Assembly: GCA_964234715.1 (NCBI GenBank)
Contig: OZ174278.1
Strand: one strand, 5' to 3'
Length of the DNA: 64,000 bases
Origin: Podarcis melisellensis
Taxonomy: Eukaryota
Shown: positions 13,730 through 26,800 of the stretch, in pieces
Numbering within the stretch: the first letter of the stretch is position 1
Layout of the letters: the number at the start of each line of letters is the position of its first letter
Program-made: the position numbers and the translations under genes
Notes under the pieces: model-generated
What the model was told of the DNA's origin: nothing
Database searches by the model: none
The model's input: only the letters and a program-made list of their open reading frames with translations

Positions 13730-14000
13730 GTGCAATTTCTGGATTTATGACCCATTCTCGATAAGCGGGAATCCAGGCTGCATGTGCATCTTTGATAAGG
13801 TTCTAATTGGATAGCAGTGACCTTTCTGAATGTAATTCTGGGTGGAAGATTAAAAAGCAGTCCAGAAAGTGACAGGTTTGGGACAATAACATATGAATTC
13901 GGCTCTGCTGGCAGGCAAGAGATGTAAGCCATGATAAATTAGAGGCCGGCCAAACAGGCTTGCTGAATGATTGTTCATTTTCATTGCATCCTGGGGTAAA
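13730..14000. promoter_or_regulatory. Candidate conserved non-coding element
   Basis: TTTATGAC at 13744, GATAAG at 13760 and 13794, TGACAG at 13870, TGATAAAT at 13932, and retained CpGs. Confidence 0.35.
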
Positions 14001-17000
14001 ATCTACTGCACAAGTGGTGCCAACCATGCCACATTTTCCCTCTTTATGCATTACTACTGATTGCTAACACTGGGAAACTGTGAAGTTAATGTCCTCTCAC
14101 AGGGCACCAATGGTCACATACTAAATTAGCAGCATGTTCACCGAGATGATTATTTCTAGGACATTTGTATATTTACTTCACATATTATGAACACAATATA
14201 AACATCCCAGTGATGACAGGGAAAACTTGTTTGCTGTCATTTGTGTGGCTGCAAATGAGAAAGATGTTTATCTTAAGGCATTCCTGATCTGAAACATTAG
14301 TTATCTCAAGGTTCTCGGAATCCATTTCTGCTTATTCTAAAAAGTATATGAGAATGGGTAAGGGTGGGTGTTGCCACCTAAAAGAGGTTGATGGCATCAG
14401 GTAACAGGTGGAAGTGCTATCCAAAATACAAAATTATTTGTAATACAGTAATTTTAATTGTAAATTTAGCTAAGTACTGTATGCTGAAGTTAAAAAGCAT
14501 AAAGTGTCTAACCACTCTCTTACTTCACAGCCCCACATTAATTTGGTATTTCCTTCTTCTCACAAGAAAAGTGAGCGACAGTTGCAATTGATAAGAAAAA
14601 GTAAAGCCATGTCAAATTGCATTGTTAGGGCTGGCAAAACAGTCCTTATATCTTAGTAGACAGACATCTATAATATCTGATTCTCATTTATACTTAGACC
14701 TGCTAACATTATTCTGGCATCATTAAAGAGCTTTAAATGGACTTAGGTGTAATTTGTACTCCATTTAAGTTTTCCAAGTACCACTGGAGCAGAGTAAAAG
14801 TGTTTAGGGTAAATGAGAATTGGGACCATTAGCTAGACTCTAAATACCATATATGACAATTAAAAGGTTGTAGTTCCCAGCAGTGCTCTTTCTTAGGTGA
14901 CAAAAATATCAGAGTTAAAAGCTTTTTCCTGGTAGTGCTAGACATGCTAGCTCTGATGTGGCAAATCCAAGAAGATCAAAGGAAAAAGGAATCATTTTTT
15001 TGAGTATCGTTTGAGTAAGCCATACCTTCTTGTAAACTTTCCCCCTTCTACATCTTTTAGCATGAGAGATTCAAATAAATATTTCTTGCTTAACAAAAGC
15101 ATAATTAAAAAGCAAATGTTATGAATATTTATGGATCAGTATGTGGTTCAGGTAGTAGTTAAGCAAATTGCTGACATAGATTTCTACTTTTCTGTAGATT
15201 TGAAATTAGCCCTTTATGTTTCATTATAACAATAAATTTCTCATCTTGAGAACAAAATGGTAGAACAGAGTTGCTCTATTTTAAAATAATATCTACAGTG
15301 TTTTCAGTATTTGTGAGTAGTTATACAATATTTATTTATGCCCTATGTCAATTTGCATAATCAAAATGAGCCCTAATTGACTATTTGTGAATACTTAAAA
15401 ACACACCAAGACAGTAACTTTGGTTAAATTACGTTGGTTTAAAAAATATCCCTGGCTGTTTTATACATGCCAGTTGCTACAAAGAGACTTGCTCAGGAAA
15501 TGTACCTGTGGCCTGATCATTCTCAAGTTCATGAGTGGAGGACATCACACATACATTGTATTCCACATTATCTGCTTATCTCTAAATGTGTCTGTTATGA
15601 TGCTGGGGTAAAACATAAATAATAGCAGCATAACCCTGTTTGCCTAAGGATGGAGTGAGCGATGTTCCTCACCCCACCCCTTTTATATAGGATCCATAAA
15701 ACACCTGGTTAGACAAAATCCTGGTTGCCTGCTGTTTGCCAAATGCAGATGGGGCAGGAAAGGCAAGTAGTAGTAATTTTATTCATTTAGTTAGTACATC
15801 TTATGTTCCACTTTTCTTACATCATCAAACATACATGGGGTTCCCAGAGAGTATTCTGTCCAGGCACTGACCAGATCTTAGCTGCAACTAGTTGGTTACA
15901 ATACATCATGTACCCTCATACCATATGACTGGACGTTTTAAAATGAGGATATAGAGATTCTTTAAACAATTGTCACTTAACATAATGATTATCTATCTAG
16001 AAAGAATTGTATTGTGGCAGAAAGCACAATGGGTATGAGAAAACTCTTGGATTTCTGCAGGTGAATCAGCAGCCTGCTGTCATGGAAATATTGGGGCTAG
16101 TTTTTAATTTATGCATAGTTGGAATCTAGGAAGCTCAAGAAGGTACTTCTCCAAAAGACACTTACCATTTTTTCAGAGAAACCAATTTTTTCCCACTTGA
16201 CTAATTTTTGTGTTGCACATACAAACTGAAATGAATTCAGTGCTAGCCACTGGGCTGCCTGTGTAGCTCGACTGCCAGCGCTTTATAAAGCGTTTGCTGT
16301 AAACTTGCATTTTCATTGCATGTGTTTGGATTTTATAATTTTATGACTGCAATGGGGCGAAAGGATGCAGAGGAAATGTGATCATATACCCTTTCTTCAT
16401 GGATGGAGGAATATTATGTGCTGTTCATTTAAGTATATTTTATTATTATTAAAGCATCTCATTATTCTACAACAGAGGTTTTAAAATTGAGAAGAGGCAT
16501 AATACAAACACTTGTGTATATTATTATGAACTTCATCTGGGTAGACTAATCATCTCCTTATTTTCAAAGGAACAGAAGAAGTAGGGGTAAATATATTATG
16601 GATGCATGTAATTTTCTTTGTAAGTTATTAATAAGAGAAACAGACTCTCTATATCAGTTGCATCACGAGCTGTCTATCCCAGTGCTTTAATGTTCCAGGG
16701 TGGAATGGACAGCAATCCCTCCCCCGATCTGCAAACTCCCATGGGGCTGCAGTATCGGGAGCCAGAAAAATCAAAGAGCCACCTACTGACCCCACCTATT
16801 GTCTGGCCTTGTCGTCTTCTATCAGTGGCATGCCACAATCAGCAAGATACATGTGTACCTCATGCTTGCTCAGGGTTTGGCAAACTCCTGTCCCTTGCAC
16901 CTGTTTGCTTATGCATGAGCTGTGCATGTTTGAATCCAAAGAGCTAGGCATGGGGTAGGAAGAAGGCATAGAAATCACTGTCAGCTCCTCATTACCCCAT

Positions 17001-18027
17001 AAAGAGGAGGAAGAATAGACTGAAGAGGCAAGAGAGATCTTTGTAGAGCCCTTAAGTGTACTTTAACATGGGAAAAGATGTGACTGTTAATCATGGTGTA
17101 TTAGTTAATAAATGAAGTGTATGTGTTTTAAAAAAGAATATGTTAACTCTTCCTTGCTTACATATAAAACTTTCTTCTTAGAAGATCCCATAACTTCAGA
17201 TTGGATTTCTAAGCACTTAACATGCTGAGTCACCATTGTTCTATGATTGAGAAAAGTGTGAATCAGCATGAGAAGAGGATAGGGGAACAAATCCAATCTG
17301 ATTGATCTATAAATTGTATTTTAATCCCACTTGGGGCAGCTTTAACACAACAATGAGTGTAGTGTTTTGTTTTGACCTTGTGGATATTTTTATATGCGAA
17401 AGTTTCCTCATGGATACAAGCTAGCGGACCTTAGAGTTACATCATTATTTGAGTGTCCTTAAAGTTGAGACACATAGGGAAGGAAAGCACACAGGAGAGG
17501 TTTCTATTAAAGTGGAATAGGATGGAGAATGCAAAGGCAGGCTTGAGAACAAGTTTTTAAACTATCACATACCGAACTTTATAACCGAGTTATAAAAACT
17601 GTAACTTTAACTGATTTAATCTCTGTTGTAACTTTTTCTAACCTTATTGTGCATTGCTTAGAGACTGCAGTGATATATAAATGGATGTAATAAATAAATA
17701 ATATAAGGGTAATGTAATAATAAAAGGGAAAACTTAATGAGAGAAAATGTATTTAAATCTAAACATCACATAAACCACTATGAGTTTAAAATGCCATCTA
17801 TAAGCACTATAAGATTAATAAAAGAGTTAAAAACTACAGGACTGAAAATACGTTTTAAAAGGCAAGTCAGTAGTTACAAACACATTGGCTTCTTTCATGG
17901 TTCAGCAAACTGCGAGTAAGTGTGGGGCCCACATGTTTCTGCCTCAGCCCTCCCCACCTCTCATCACATGCCAGCTTTGTGGCTGTATTCTATGGTTTCC
18001 AGTTTCACCCAAACAGAAAGCTCTGAC

Positions 18028-18102
18028 AATGTCAGTTTACTAACCAGAATATTAAACCATGGGCTGATCTTGGTTTAAAGTGTTGGCTAGTAAACTGACA
18101 TT
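18028..18102. repeat. Inverted repeat/hairpin, probably the core of a palindromic MITE
   Basis: Perfect 15-bp arms aatgtcagtttacta / tagtaaactgacatt, plus an inner stem taaacca / tggttta. Confidence 0.8.
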
Positions 18103-18506
18103 CATCCAGAGTTCCTTCTTTCAAACATAATGGTCAATTCTGTTGTTACACCACTGTGTAAACTGAGATGAAGGTGGGATGAGAACATGTAAAGGAGGAT
18201 CATGTAGTCAACAATGGAATGTTCACCCTACTCAAAGATAATTGCAGTGTGTGGGGATATTATTAGAATTGTGGTTAGGGAGGGAAGAGTAAACACCCTT
18301 GCATGCCTGTAGTTAGAGAAAGAAAAACCCCTGGTGTTCTTCGAAGCTACAGATTTTGTCTAATATGTATATTGACACTATGCTGTACTGTAAATAGCTT
18401 AATCTGCTCTATGATTTTTAAAAAGTCGTTATTGATGCTGAAGATGTTAGAAATGGAGAGAAGCAGATTCTTGCACAGCTGTCAGCATTTTCCTACCCCA
18501 CACAAG

Positions 18507-18548
18507 TTGAACAAATGAATAGTTTTGAACAAATGAATAATCTTGAAC
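18507..18548. repeat. Short tandem duplication (18-bp period)
   Basis: ttgaacaaatgaata twice, then a partial ttgaac. Confidence 0.85.
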
Positions 18549-19849
18549 TTTTTGGAGTTACAAGCATAGACAGAAAAAATGCATTCACAGATTATTGTAC
18601 TGTATGACTAATTTTCTGTCAGCAACATACTTAATTATTGAGATGAGGATATGAAATACCTTTAAGCATTTCAGATGTCTGGACTGATTATGTTTTAAGT
18701 TTTATAAACATTATTTCACTTTCTTGCTTTCTTACATCATGCCATATCTCACATTATCTCACATTCTACTTACATTCTACTGCAAAAATAAATGTCCAAA
18801 GAGGCAAATATTATTTCTTATAATTAACTTTATCTGGACATGGTATTGCAATATATGTTTAATCTATTGTCAGAATCACGCTTTTATCATTTCAGTTATG
18901 GGGTTACACCAAAACCTTGCACCTGTTTATTTACTTTTTTAGTACCCTGGAAGCAAAATGCATATATCAGATGTTTGAAACACAAGTGTACCGTACATGT
19001 CTTGCAAACCTTTTGTGCAGATAGTAGTATTTAGTATAGATTAGCTAAAGTGCCTTTGGGGATTAGCTTCTCTGCAGTTGCTGAGGATATCAACGTGCTG
19101 AGAATACACAGAGATGTTTTCACCACCTTCCAGCTGTAAAACAATAATTTTATCAAGAGTCCAATAGCAGTCACTGAGTGTGCATATATTCCCACAGGTT
19201 AGTGCTAGCTTATGTACCTTTCCAGAATATTTATATTTTTTTAACCAGTCATCAGTCATTCTAAACATCCCTGCCATCCAATGCATAGCTTGATCTTTCT
19301 TGTTAAACTATAATATCCAAATTATATTATATGCTGGTGTATATACTACACAAACATGCACTTACTACATAAAAAGCAAGTTGAGATTTTTTAAAAGTAC
19401 TATAAAGATTATAGGCTTGTTTACACTCAGTAGTGTTGCAAAAGCAATCTGTACAAAACATGTTGGCGACTGGTTTTCATTTGATTTTCTCCTTCCCCAT
19501 AACTGACCTCTCTATTTTGACTGCCAGTGCCCTTTCTAATTCTCAGTTTACATTTTCTTTATTTTTTATTAGTCTGATACATTTAACCAGGGGCAGAGCT
19601 GATTTGCAAACTAGCTGGGAAGCATATTAAGCAAGGAAGAAGGAAAGGAAAGCGTGCATCTTGGATAAAATGTCAAAATTGAGGCTTTCTCACTCCCTTC
19701 CATTTTTTCCACTGCACTGGATGTATAATTACCTCATTGTTTCAATAATGTGCAAAAATTAAAGGCAGTAAGATGGAAAAAAATGTAAATAGGAAGACTT
19801 ACTATAATGCTCTTCTAAAATGAAGAATTTAACTAAACCACTCTAAAGT

Positions 19850-20045
19850 CCCCTGCTGCGCTCAGGCGAGTTGAAATTAATTCAAGACGGCAGATAAAAA
19901 TTTTAACCAGCCCGAGTGGAGATGACGGATGTGACAGCTCTCAGTTAAAATGTCTTTTAGTGGCAAATGCATGCATATTAGTCAAGTGATGTGACATAAC
20001 TGTCCTGGGTGAGAAAAGATGAACCAATGACCATTTGCATTGAGA
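19850..20045. promoter_or_regulatory. Candidate conserved non-coding element
   Basis: Five CpGs in ~70 bp without recognisable repeat character. Palindrome ttgaaattaattcaa, TGACAG at 19932, octamer ATTTGCAT at 20033. Confidence 0.35.
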
Positions 20046-20801
20046 ACAAAAGAAAATTCTTAAGAATAAAACAGAAGAGGAAGGAGAAGATAACTTGCCA
20101 TTCTATATAATTTTGTCTGTCTCTGGCTTAAAGGAATGTAAGTGACTGAACCTTTTAGTTTCCCCCCACCTTGTCTTGTGGATGTAATGAAATAAAAAGA
20201 AAAGGATGAAAAAAAGAAAAAGAAAACAAATGTAACTTGCTTAAAAAAAACATGTGCCTGAAATCCTCTGACACTATCCAGAGCCTGCTGCTGAGTAAAC
20301 CCATATGCATAGGCTTGTGCTTGTATGTGTTCGTATATGTAAAATAAGAGCAAATACTAAAATGCGAAGTCATCAATAGCTTGACACATGTACCTCACCT
20401 TCAATTGATTTGGCTGTCCTATGATCTTTTTTAGGTAAGATAACAGGGCCCATGATTGCATAATATTCAGCTAAAATTTCAGTTTGTTTTGAAAATGAAC
20501 AAAATAATATAAAGAGCAGTGTGCTTTTAAGAAAGGAAAATACTTGAAAAGGAAACATAGAAACCACTATAGTCAACTGATTAGTGGAGCTTACTATGTT
20601 AAATTCATTTTCGATGGGCTTAGGGGAACAGAAGTCAGCAGCTCCCAGTTAAAATAGCCAGGGTAATTGAGTTTTGAGTATTATTCTGCTTATTTTCTCC
20701 ATTATAATCAAATTTTATTATCATAATTCTGTTATTTGGATGCACCTCTTACTGTGTATCTCAAGAACTTTCAAGGCCACATCTGGAACGTATTATTCAT
20801 T

Positions 20802-20834
<33 letters not shown>

Positions 20835-20872
20835 CACACACAGACACACACACACAGAGAGAGAGAGAGAGA
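20802..20872. repeat. Compound (CA)n(GA)n microsatellite
   Basis: Directly visible. Confidence 0.95.
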
Positions 20873-22119
20873 TTCTTGGGTGTTATAGGGAGGATTTAAA
20901 CTTTTCTCTTTTGCAACTTATATTTGCATAATATACTATAGCAACCAAATAAGTCTACAAATAAAAATGCAGATGGCCAGTTTTCACATGCAGGACAACA
21001 ATGAACAACATCATCTACACTATTTCTATTATTCGCTGTCAGATTCCCCCCTCCCCCCGTATGTCAGTTGACCATCTCACTTACATGAAATACAATATTT
21101 AGCAAAACATTAAGTACAAAAATCTGAAAAAGAGTCTTACGAAGTAAAAACTATAAATGCTGAACTGCTTGAGATGCATTATAGTTTGACAGCTGGCCAG
21201 CCATTAATAGTTAAAAAGGCTAGCCCCAACATTTTGCTGTTTGAGGTGGTCATGGAGGCAAATGACAAGATGCTGCCTGCCACCCCCGTTTCACCATTCC
21301 GTATGCAGAAGCGATGTGGGATGACCCTCCCCCACATCATTTGAGTGCAACAGGCTAGCTTAAGGGACATATGACAAGCTGCATGTCACACATAGCTCTG
21401 TCCTCCAATGCCTGCTTTGGTCACTCCACTTGGCACCTGCTTTCAGTGTAAAATACTTCACTGGAACAGTGGTAGTACCCATATGTATCACACAAGCAGA
21501 CCAGCACGTGCATACAGACAGTTTCTGATGGATTGTATGGCACATCTCTGTGCTCACTTGGTCAGCTCATTATGTAAGGCCGTAACATTAACAATACAAA
21601 GTTTGAAACAGGTCATTTCCATTAAAATTATGCTAGAAAATCTGGGAAGAATACCTACCAGTTGTTCAAATCTTATTCATAATGGAAATGGCTGCCATGA
21701 GAGAATAGCATAACACAAGATAGAGTATAGTAATGGTAAAGCTTTTCTATGCTAGAAAAAGATTAACTTGTTGAGTTTCAGCCTGTTATACAGCTGCTAA
21801 AGGAACAAGAGCCCTGCTTTCCCTCCCATGCCAACTCTTTACCTTCTGCATAGCAGGGGACATGCCTCAGCCACTTTGCAAAGTTTCCATGTTTGTGTTT
21901 TCATGGAAGGGGGGATCTTTGATCACACACACTTACTATGTAATAGTATTTGCAGAAAAAAAGCTGCAAGGAACTGACCGCAGATGAACCCACCACAGGA
22001 AAGATGGTTGGTAAGGGCAAACTATGAAAATTCTGAGGACTGGAAAATAACATAAAAGAAGGAAAAGTGCCCTAAAGGGGAGGGGAAAACAATAGCTCTT
22101 TAGGACTCCAGGATTCCTA

Positions 22120-22450
22120 TTGCTTGGTGTCCAAGCAGCTCACTTATCAATCACAGCTCTGACATCACTCATTGAGTAAAAACACTGACAGGTGGAAGGA
22201 ACCAGGCTGGCTGTTTTCACAGAAACCGCTTAGACGCTTACCTGTACACTTTGCTACATAACTTTCTTTATATGAGAGATAGCGACTTTTATTTCAATTG
22301 TAACCTCAAAGTTGGGTCGCTGCAGGTGCCAGTTAAGGCCTTTTCTGGGTGCTGAGTCGGTGACCCCATAGAGTGCTGATCACTTTGATTTGTGGAACAA
22401 GTGCTAGGATACAACATGATTTATGTACTTATCCAAAATTTATGGTTGAA
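22120..22450. promoter_or_regulatory. Candidate Pbx-Hox/Meis enhancer
   Basis: ATCAATCA (=TGATTGAT on the minus strand) at 22146-22153, TGACAG at 22186, TGATTTAT at 22417, and several retained CpGs. Confidence 0.45.
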
Positions 22451-22751
22451 TATATTAAAAGGAATTGAAATAATAACCGGACATACACAGGTGATGGGCC
22501 CTTTAATTATACTATTTGTTTATACTAAAGATATAGCATTAGCAGTGAACAGATAATTAATTTACCATTTATCGACTGCTGCTAGAATAGTCCTTTGTCA
22601 TAAGTGGAAGAATACTGACTATGGAAGAATGCAGTACTGTATGTATAGTCAAGCTACAAATATGGTAAAAAAGTTGTATAATTTTTTGTGGAGAAATTGA
22701 GTTTTTTAATCATTTATTCATGTAATAATCTACAAGATAATTCCAGCCCAC

Positions 22752-22753
<2 letters not shown>

Positions 22754-22801
<48 letters not shown>
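22754..22801. repeat. (TA)n microsatellite
   Basis: Directly visible. Confidence 0.97.
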
Positions 22802-22804
<3 letters not shown>

Positions 22805-23519
22805 CTGAGAACTTTATGATACCTGTATGGTTCTTCTGATTGTTTTATTGAAAGTTTAATTACTGTTGTTAAATCTGGTTTTAATATTTATTAGATTGTC
22901 TGTAAATAACATGTTGCAGTGAGGCACCAGTTAGTTCCTCAGGTATCCTAGTCTTTTTTGGCTCATAAAGTTTTAGTGCCCTCTCTGGCCATTACAGAAG
23001 TGGCACCATGCAGCAGATATAAGGCTGGCTGTTTCACTAGCCTAATGCCGTGTGGAGTAAGATCCTCTAGTTGTACTACCAGATAATAACCCTCCTTACT
23101 AAAGTTACTGACTTTATTTAGCTGATTTTGTTACTTCTGGAGCTGGCCTACTTGAAGCAGCAATTGGCTTAGATTGTTTGGTTTGGTATACAGTACTTAC
23201 CAGTAAACAAAACACATATTCCCACCGCCCTTCTCATTAACACTTATGCACTGTGAAATACAAGAGGGGAACAGTAAAAGAAAAAGGCAACAGTCAGAAT
23301 CACTTGGGAGGAAAAGCAACTCTAAATATTGAATATCTGTCTTGGGGAAGAACACTGTTTGGAAGGCTATTAAAAAGTCAACATAACTATGCACACATTA
23401 AAGCACTGAACAGATTATTTGTCCTGCATGACTTTGCTGTCTTATTCAGAGATACATACAGCTTTGAGGCCAAGAGTTAAAACCATTTATATATTTATAT
23501 AGCGTAAGGTAAGTTAGAG

Positions 23520-23850
23520 TAATAGAATTGTGGAGTTGGAAAGGACCCCAGGGGTCATCTAGTCCAACCCCCTTCAATGCAGGAATCTCAACTAAAGCAT
23601 CCATGACAGATGGCCATCCAACCTCTGCTTAGAGACTTTCAAGGAAGGATAGTCCACAACCGCCTGAGGGGGACCATTCCACTGTAGAACAGCCTTACTG
23701 TCATAAAGTTTTTTCTGATGTTTAGTCAGAATCTCCTTTCTTGTAACTTGAAGCCATTGGTTCGAGACCTACCCTCCAGAGCAGGAAAAAGCAAACTTGT
23801 TCCCTCTTCCACATGACAACCCTTGAGATATTTGAAGATGGCTATCATAT
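23520..23850 (-). mobile_element. CR1 LINE, 5'-truncated 3' end
   Basis: agaattgtggagttggaaaggacccc...gtcatctagtccaacccc...ttccactgt...tttcttgtaacttgaagccattggttc...cccttgagatatttgaagatggctatcat is the reverse complement of the CR1 ORF2 C-terminus and 3' UTR. Confidence 0.85.
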
Positions 23851-26800
23851 TTTGTTGTTTAGAAAAAGGTAAATGTAGAAATGACAAACATTTCCCCCTA
23901 AATGGGCCTAAGAAAGGTTGTTACTCCTTTCACAATATGTTTTGGATTGGCCATCTTATCGCTTTATATGCTGAAATCTCCCTCTTTATATTGCTCATAA
24001 ATATTATCTTCACAGCATGTATTTCTCACTTCACAATATACAATCTCACATAAAGTGTAATCACCACACATTTTAAGATTTTAAAGAAAACTGGGAGAGG
24101 TTATCTAGAAAATATATACTGTGGGTTACTCATTTATATATAGGGTATAATATATGACGCTTGCAATCCTTCTTGCTCAGGAAACATCTTCAGCAGGATA
24201 CAGATTATTGACCAGAGACCATCTTCCAGTGGCATATTACCAATTTTCCTTAAGACAAATCCTTCAATTATGTGGAATGACTGAAGGACTGTAATGAGCC
24301 CATGAAATCCATACTTGGGAGTTTATATTATGTGGATTATTGGCAAGGACTACTTCCTCAACCATTATATGTTGTCTTGCTATTGAACATATGAGATCTA
24401 AGAATGGCCATTCACACTATAGATTGTTAAGAAAAATGAAGCACGCTTATTTAATGTTCAGGAAGCCTCTTATGTCAGCCTTTTTCTATAATGTGGATTA
24501 TGGTGTTCCTCAACTATTATGGTTGTCCTCAACTATTACCATATTATCTTTGGAATATTATTTCTAACTACTTGCCATTCTGCCAATACATCTTTGTGTA
24601 CTACCTCTTCATATATTTCTAGGCTGCTAGATACAGCACAGTTCTGAGAATATTATTTTTTCCTTTGTGTATAAATTATACTTTCACTTTAGTAAGAAGT
24701 GTAATAAATAACTGTGAAGGTGGATTGCTGAATGTGTGCTGAAGGGGGGGAAAAGGGGCACAGGAAAGGTTCTGCTGCATTTTTCAGATAATTAAGCAAC
24801 ATTCAGTGGCTAAAAAGCTATTTTAAGAAATGCATTATTACAGCCTGTTCACAAGTAGCAACACTCTAAAAAGGTTTTGAAATGTGTTACTTACTTTACA
24901 GATTCACACACACTGTCTATCTGCTGATTGCTTGGCTAATTTTTTATTTGTTTTACGCATCAGACAGTATATCAAGAATGGGTAGATGCTTGAACTCCTA
25001 GTTAATTATGAAGAAGAAATCAATTTGGTCCACTTTTCACAATGGACTTGCCCAGTTCACGGCTCACAAGCTTACTTATGAATCAGAACACAAATAACAG
25101 TCAGTTTACACACTTCTCCAGATTTTGCAATGTAGTTTTAGTTCCAAAAGGACTAAAAAGCACACAAAATACATATTTTACATCAAAAGAAATACATATA
25201 AATCATTTTAGAGGGAAATGCATAGAACATGTGTGTCATATTGTTTGTAAGGGATAAAATGTGATATTGTTCACTTGCAAAAACCCAATAAAAAAAGAAA
25301 AAAGTGTGCATTTTTTAGAACTGGTACGTGCAAGATGTGTGCAAAATGTACATTTTGCATGCGTTCTTTGGAAAGTCTACAAGACCATCAGTTTCAATAT
25401 TTGAGCACCAGTGAAGCTGGAAACAGATTGAATTTAGGCTGTTTTGCCCATCCCTACTCCCAGTTAGTCTCATTAAAAGTATAGGCTGAAAGCTATTGTA
25501 CTTTGTGCTTACAATAATAGTTTTCTTACAGTAATTTGATAATCTTTCCCCCAACCTTCCATTTCAATTTTTCCAGGAATAATGGGGTGTAATTTGGGCT
25601 CCACCCCCCAAATATGAACTCTTCCAGTTTGAGAAGTCTTCCCCATTCAGTTCAGGTCTGGTTTACTTTGGGGTTTGCTGTTCGGCTTCTATTAGTCAGT
25701 GCTTATTTTCTGTTTCACCACTCTACCCCCTTCCCACAAACTTACTTGATTGTCAGGGCAAGGCCCTGGCAAACTCTTTTGTTACCTTTCTGATGCCTTT
25801 CTGTTACCAAGTCTGTTACTGTGTCTCTGTGCATATGCCCATGGACATGCATATTTCATGTGCATTATCTGAAAACACTCATTTGGGGAATTAGCAATGC
25901 TCTCTGGAATCTTTACTGTAGACAACTGCATGCACAGAAATCAGCATTGCTTTTGAATATTTGGCTTTTTTTGTGGAACTCAGCACTGGGAAATAAGGAA
26001 GAAATATTAGTGGACCTTTGTAGCAACTGTGATATTGATATATAAAAGAATAAATGGTTTAAAGGTAAATAACATGCAAATATAAATTGAATTAGCAGCA
26101 ACAAAATAGCTTTGCGTGTTGAAACACCACTGCAGAAGCATACAGAATAGGAAGGATTTTTTAATATATTACAGAAACTAACCCAATTCACACTTTTTCT
26201 GGGCCATACGCTGTGTTACTGTCCTGGAGGCAGAGGGGAGAGACTAGAAATGAAGTCACCTAATAGGGAATTCTGGACCTGGAGTGTTAGAGACCCAATT
26301 TCACTACAAGGAAAGTGAATAATCCTGAAAGTTTCGGGGGGGGGGGGAGTTTACATGCAAGGTAGCTTCCCCCATCTAATGAGAGTCATGGAAATAAGAA
26401 AAGGAGACAGAAATAAGTTAGTTCAGATTCTGAGATAATCTTACTTGTCTCATGATAGAAATTGGGGAGTGAAATGTTCATCCCCCCACGACCATTGCAA
26501 CTAGGCTATGTTTAGACTGGTTGTGACTGCTTATGGATTTCAGCAGAACCAAGCCTTCCCGTACAAAAATAGAGGTGGAGAAGTCAAATCTCCCCTTTTG
26601 TAGAGCCTAAGTCATCTTCTGAGACCACAGAGAGGCCACTTAAAAAATGGTCTGAAGTACAACATTAATTTGCCCACAGCCTGTATTTGTCTCTTAAAAT
26701 AGCAGTTCTATTTCTCAAGGGGAGGAGACAAGCTTTTGCATCCATCTGTTTTGCTACATGTCTGAAAAGTGCCTGATGCAGAAACATTTGAAAATTATGC

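Noticed and set aside
22242-22403. 162-nt minus-strand exon-like segment with a strong donor (CAG|gtaagc)
   Set aside because: Stop codons in all three frames and a weak polypyrimidine tract. Not a coding exon, and better explained as part of the enhancer-like block.
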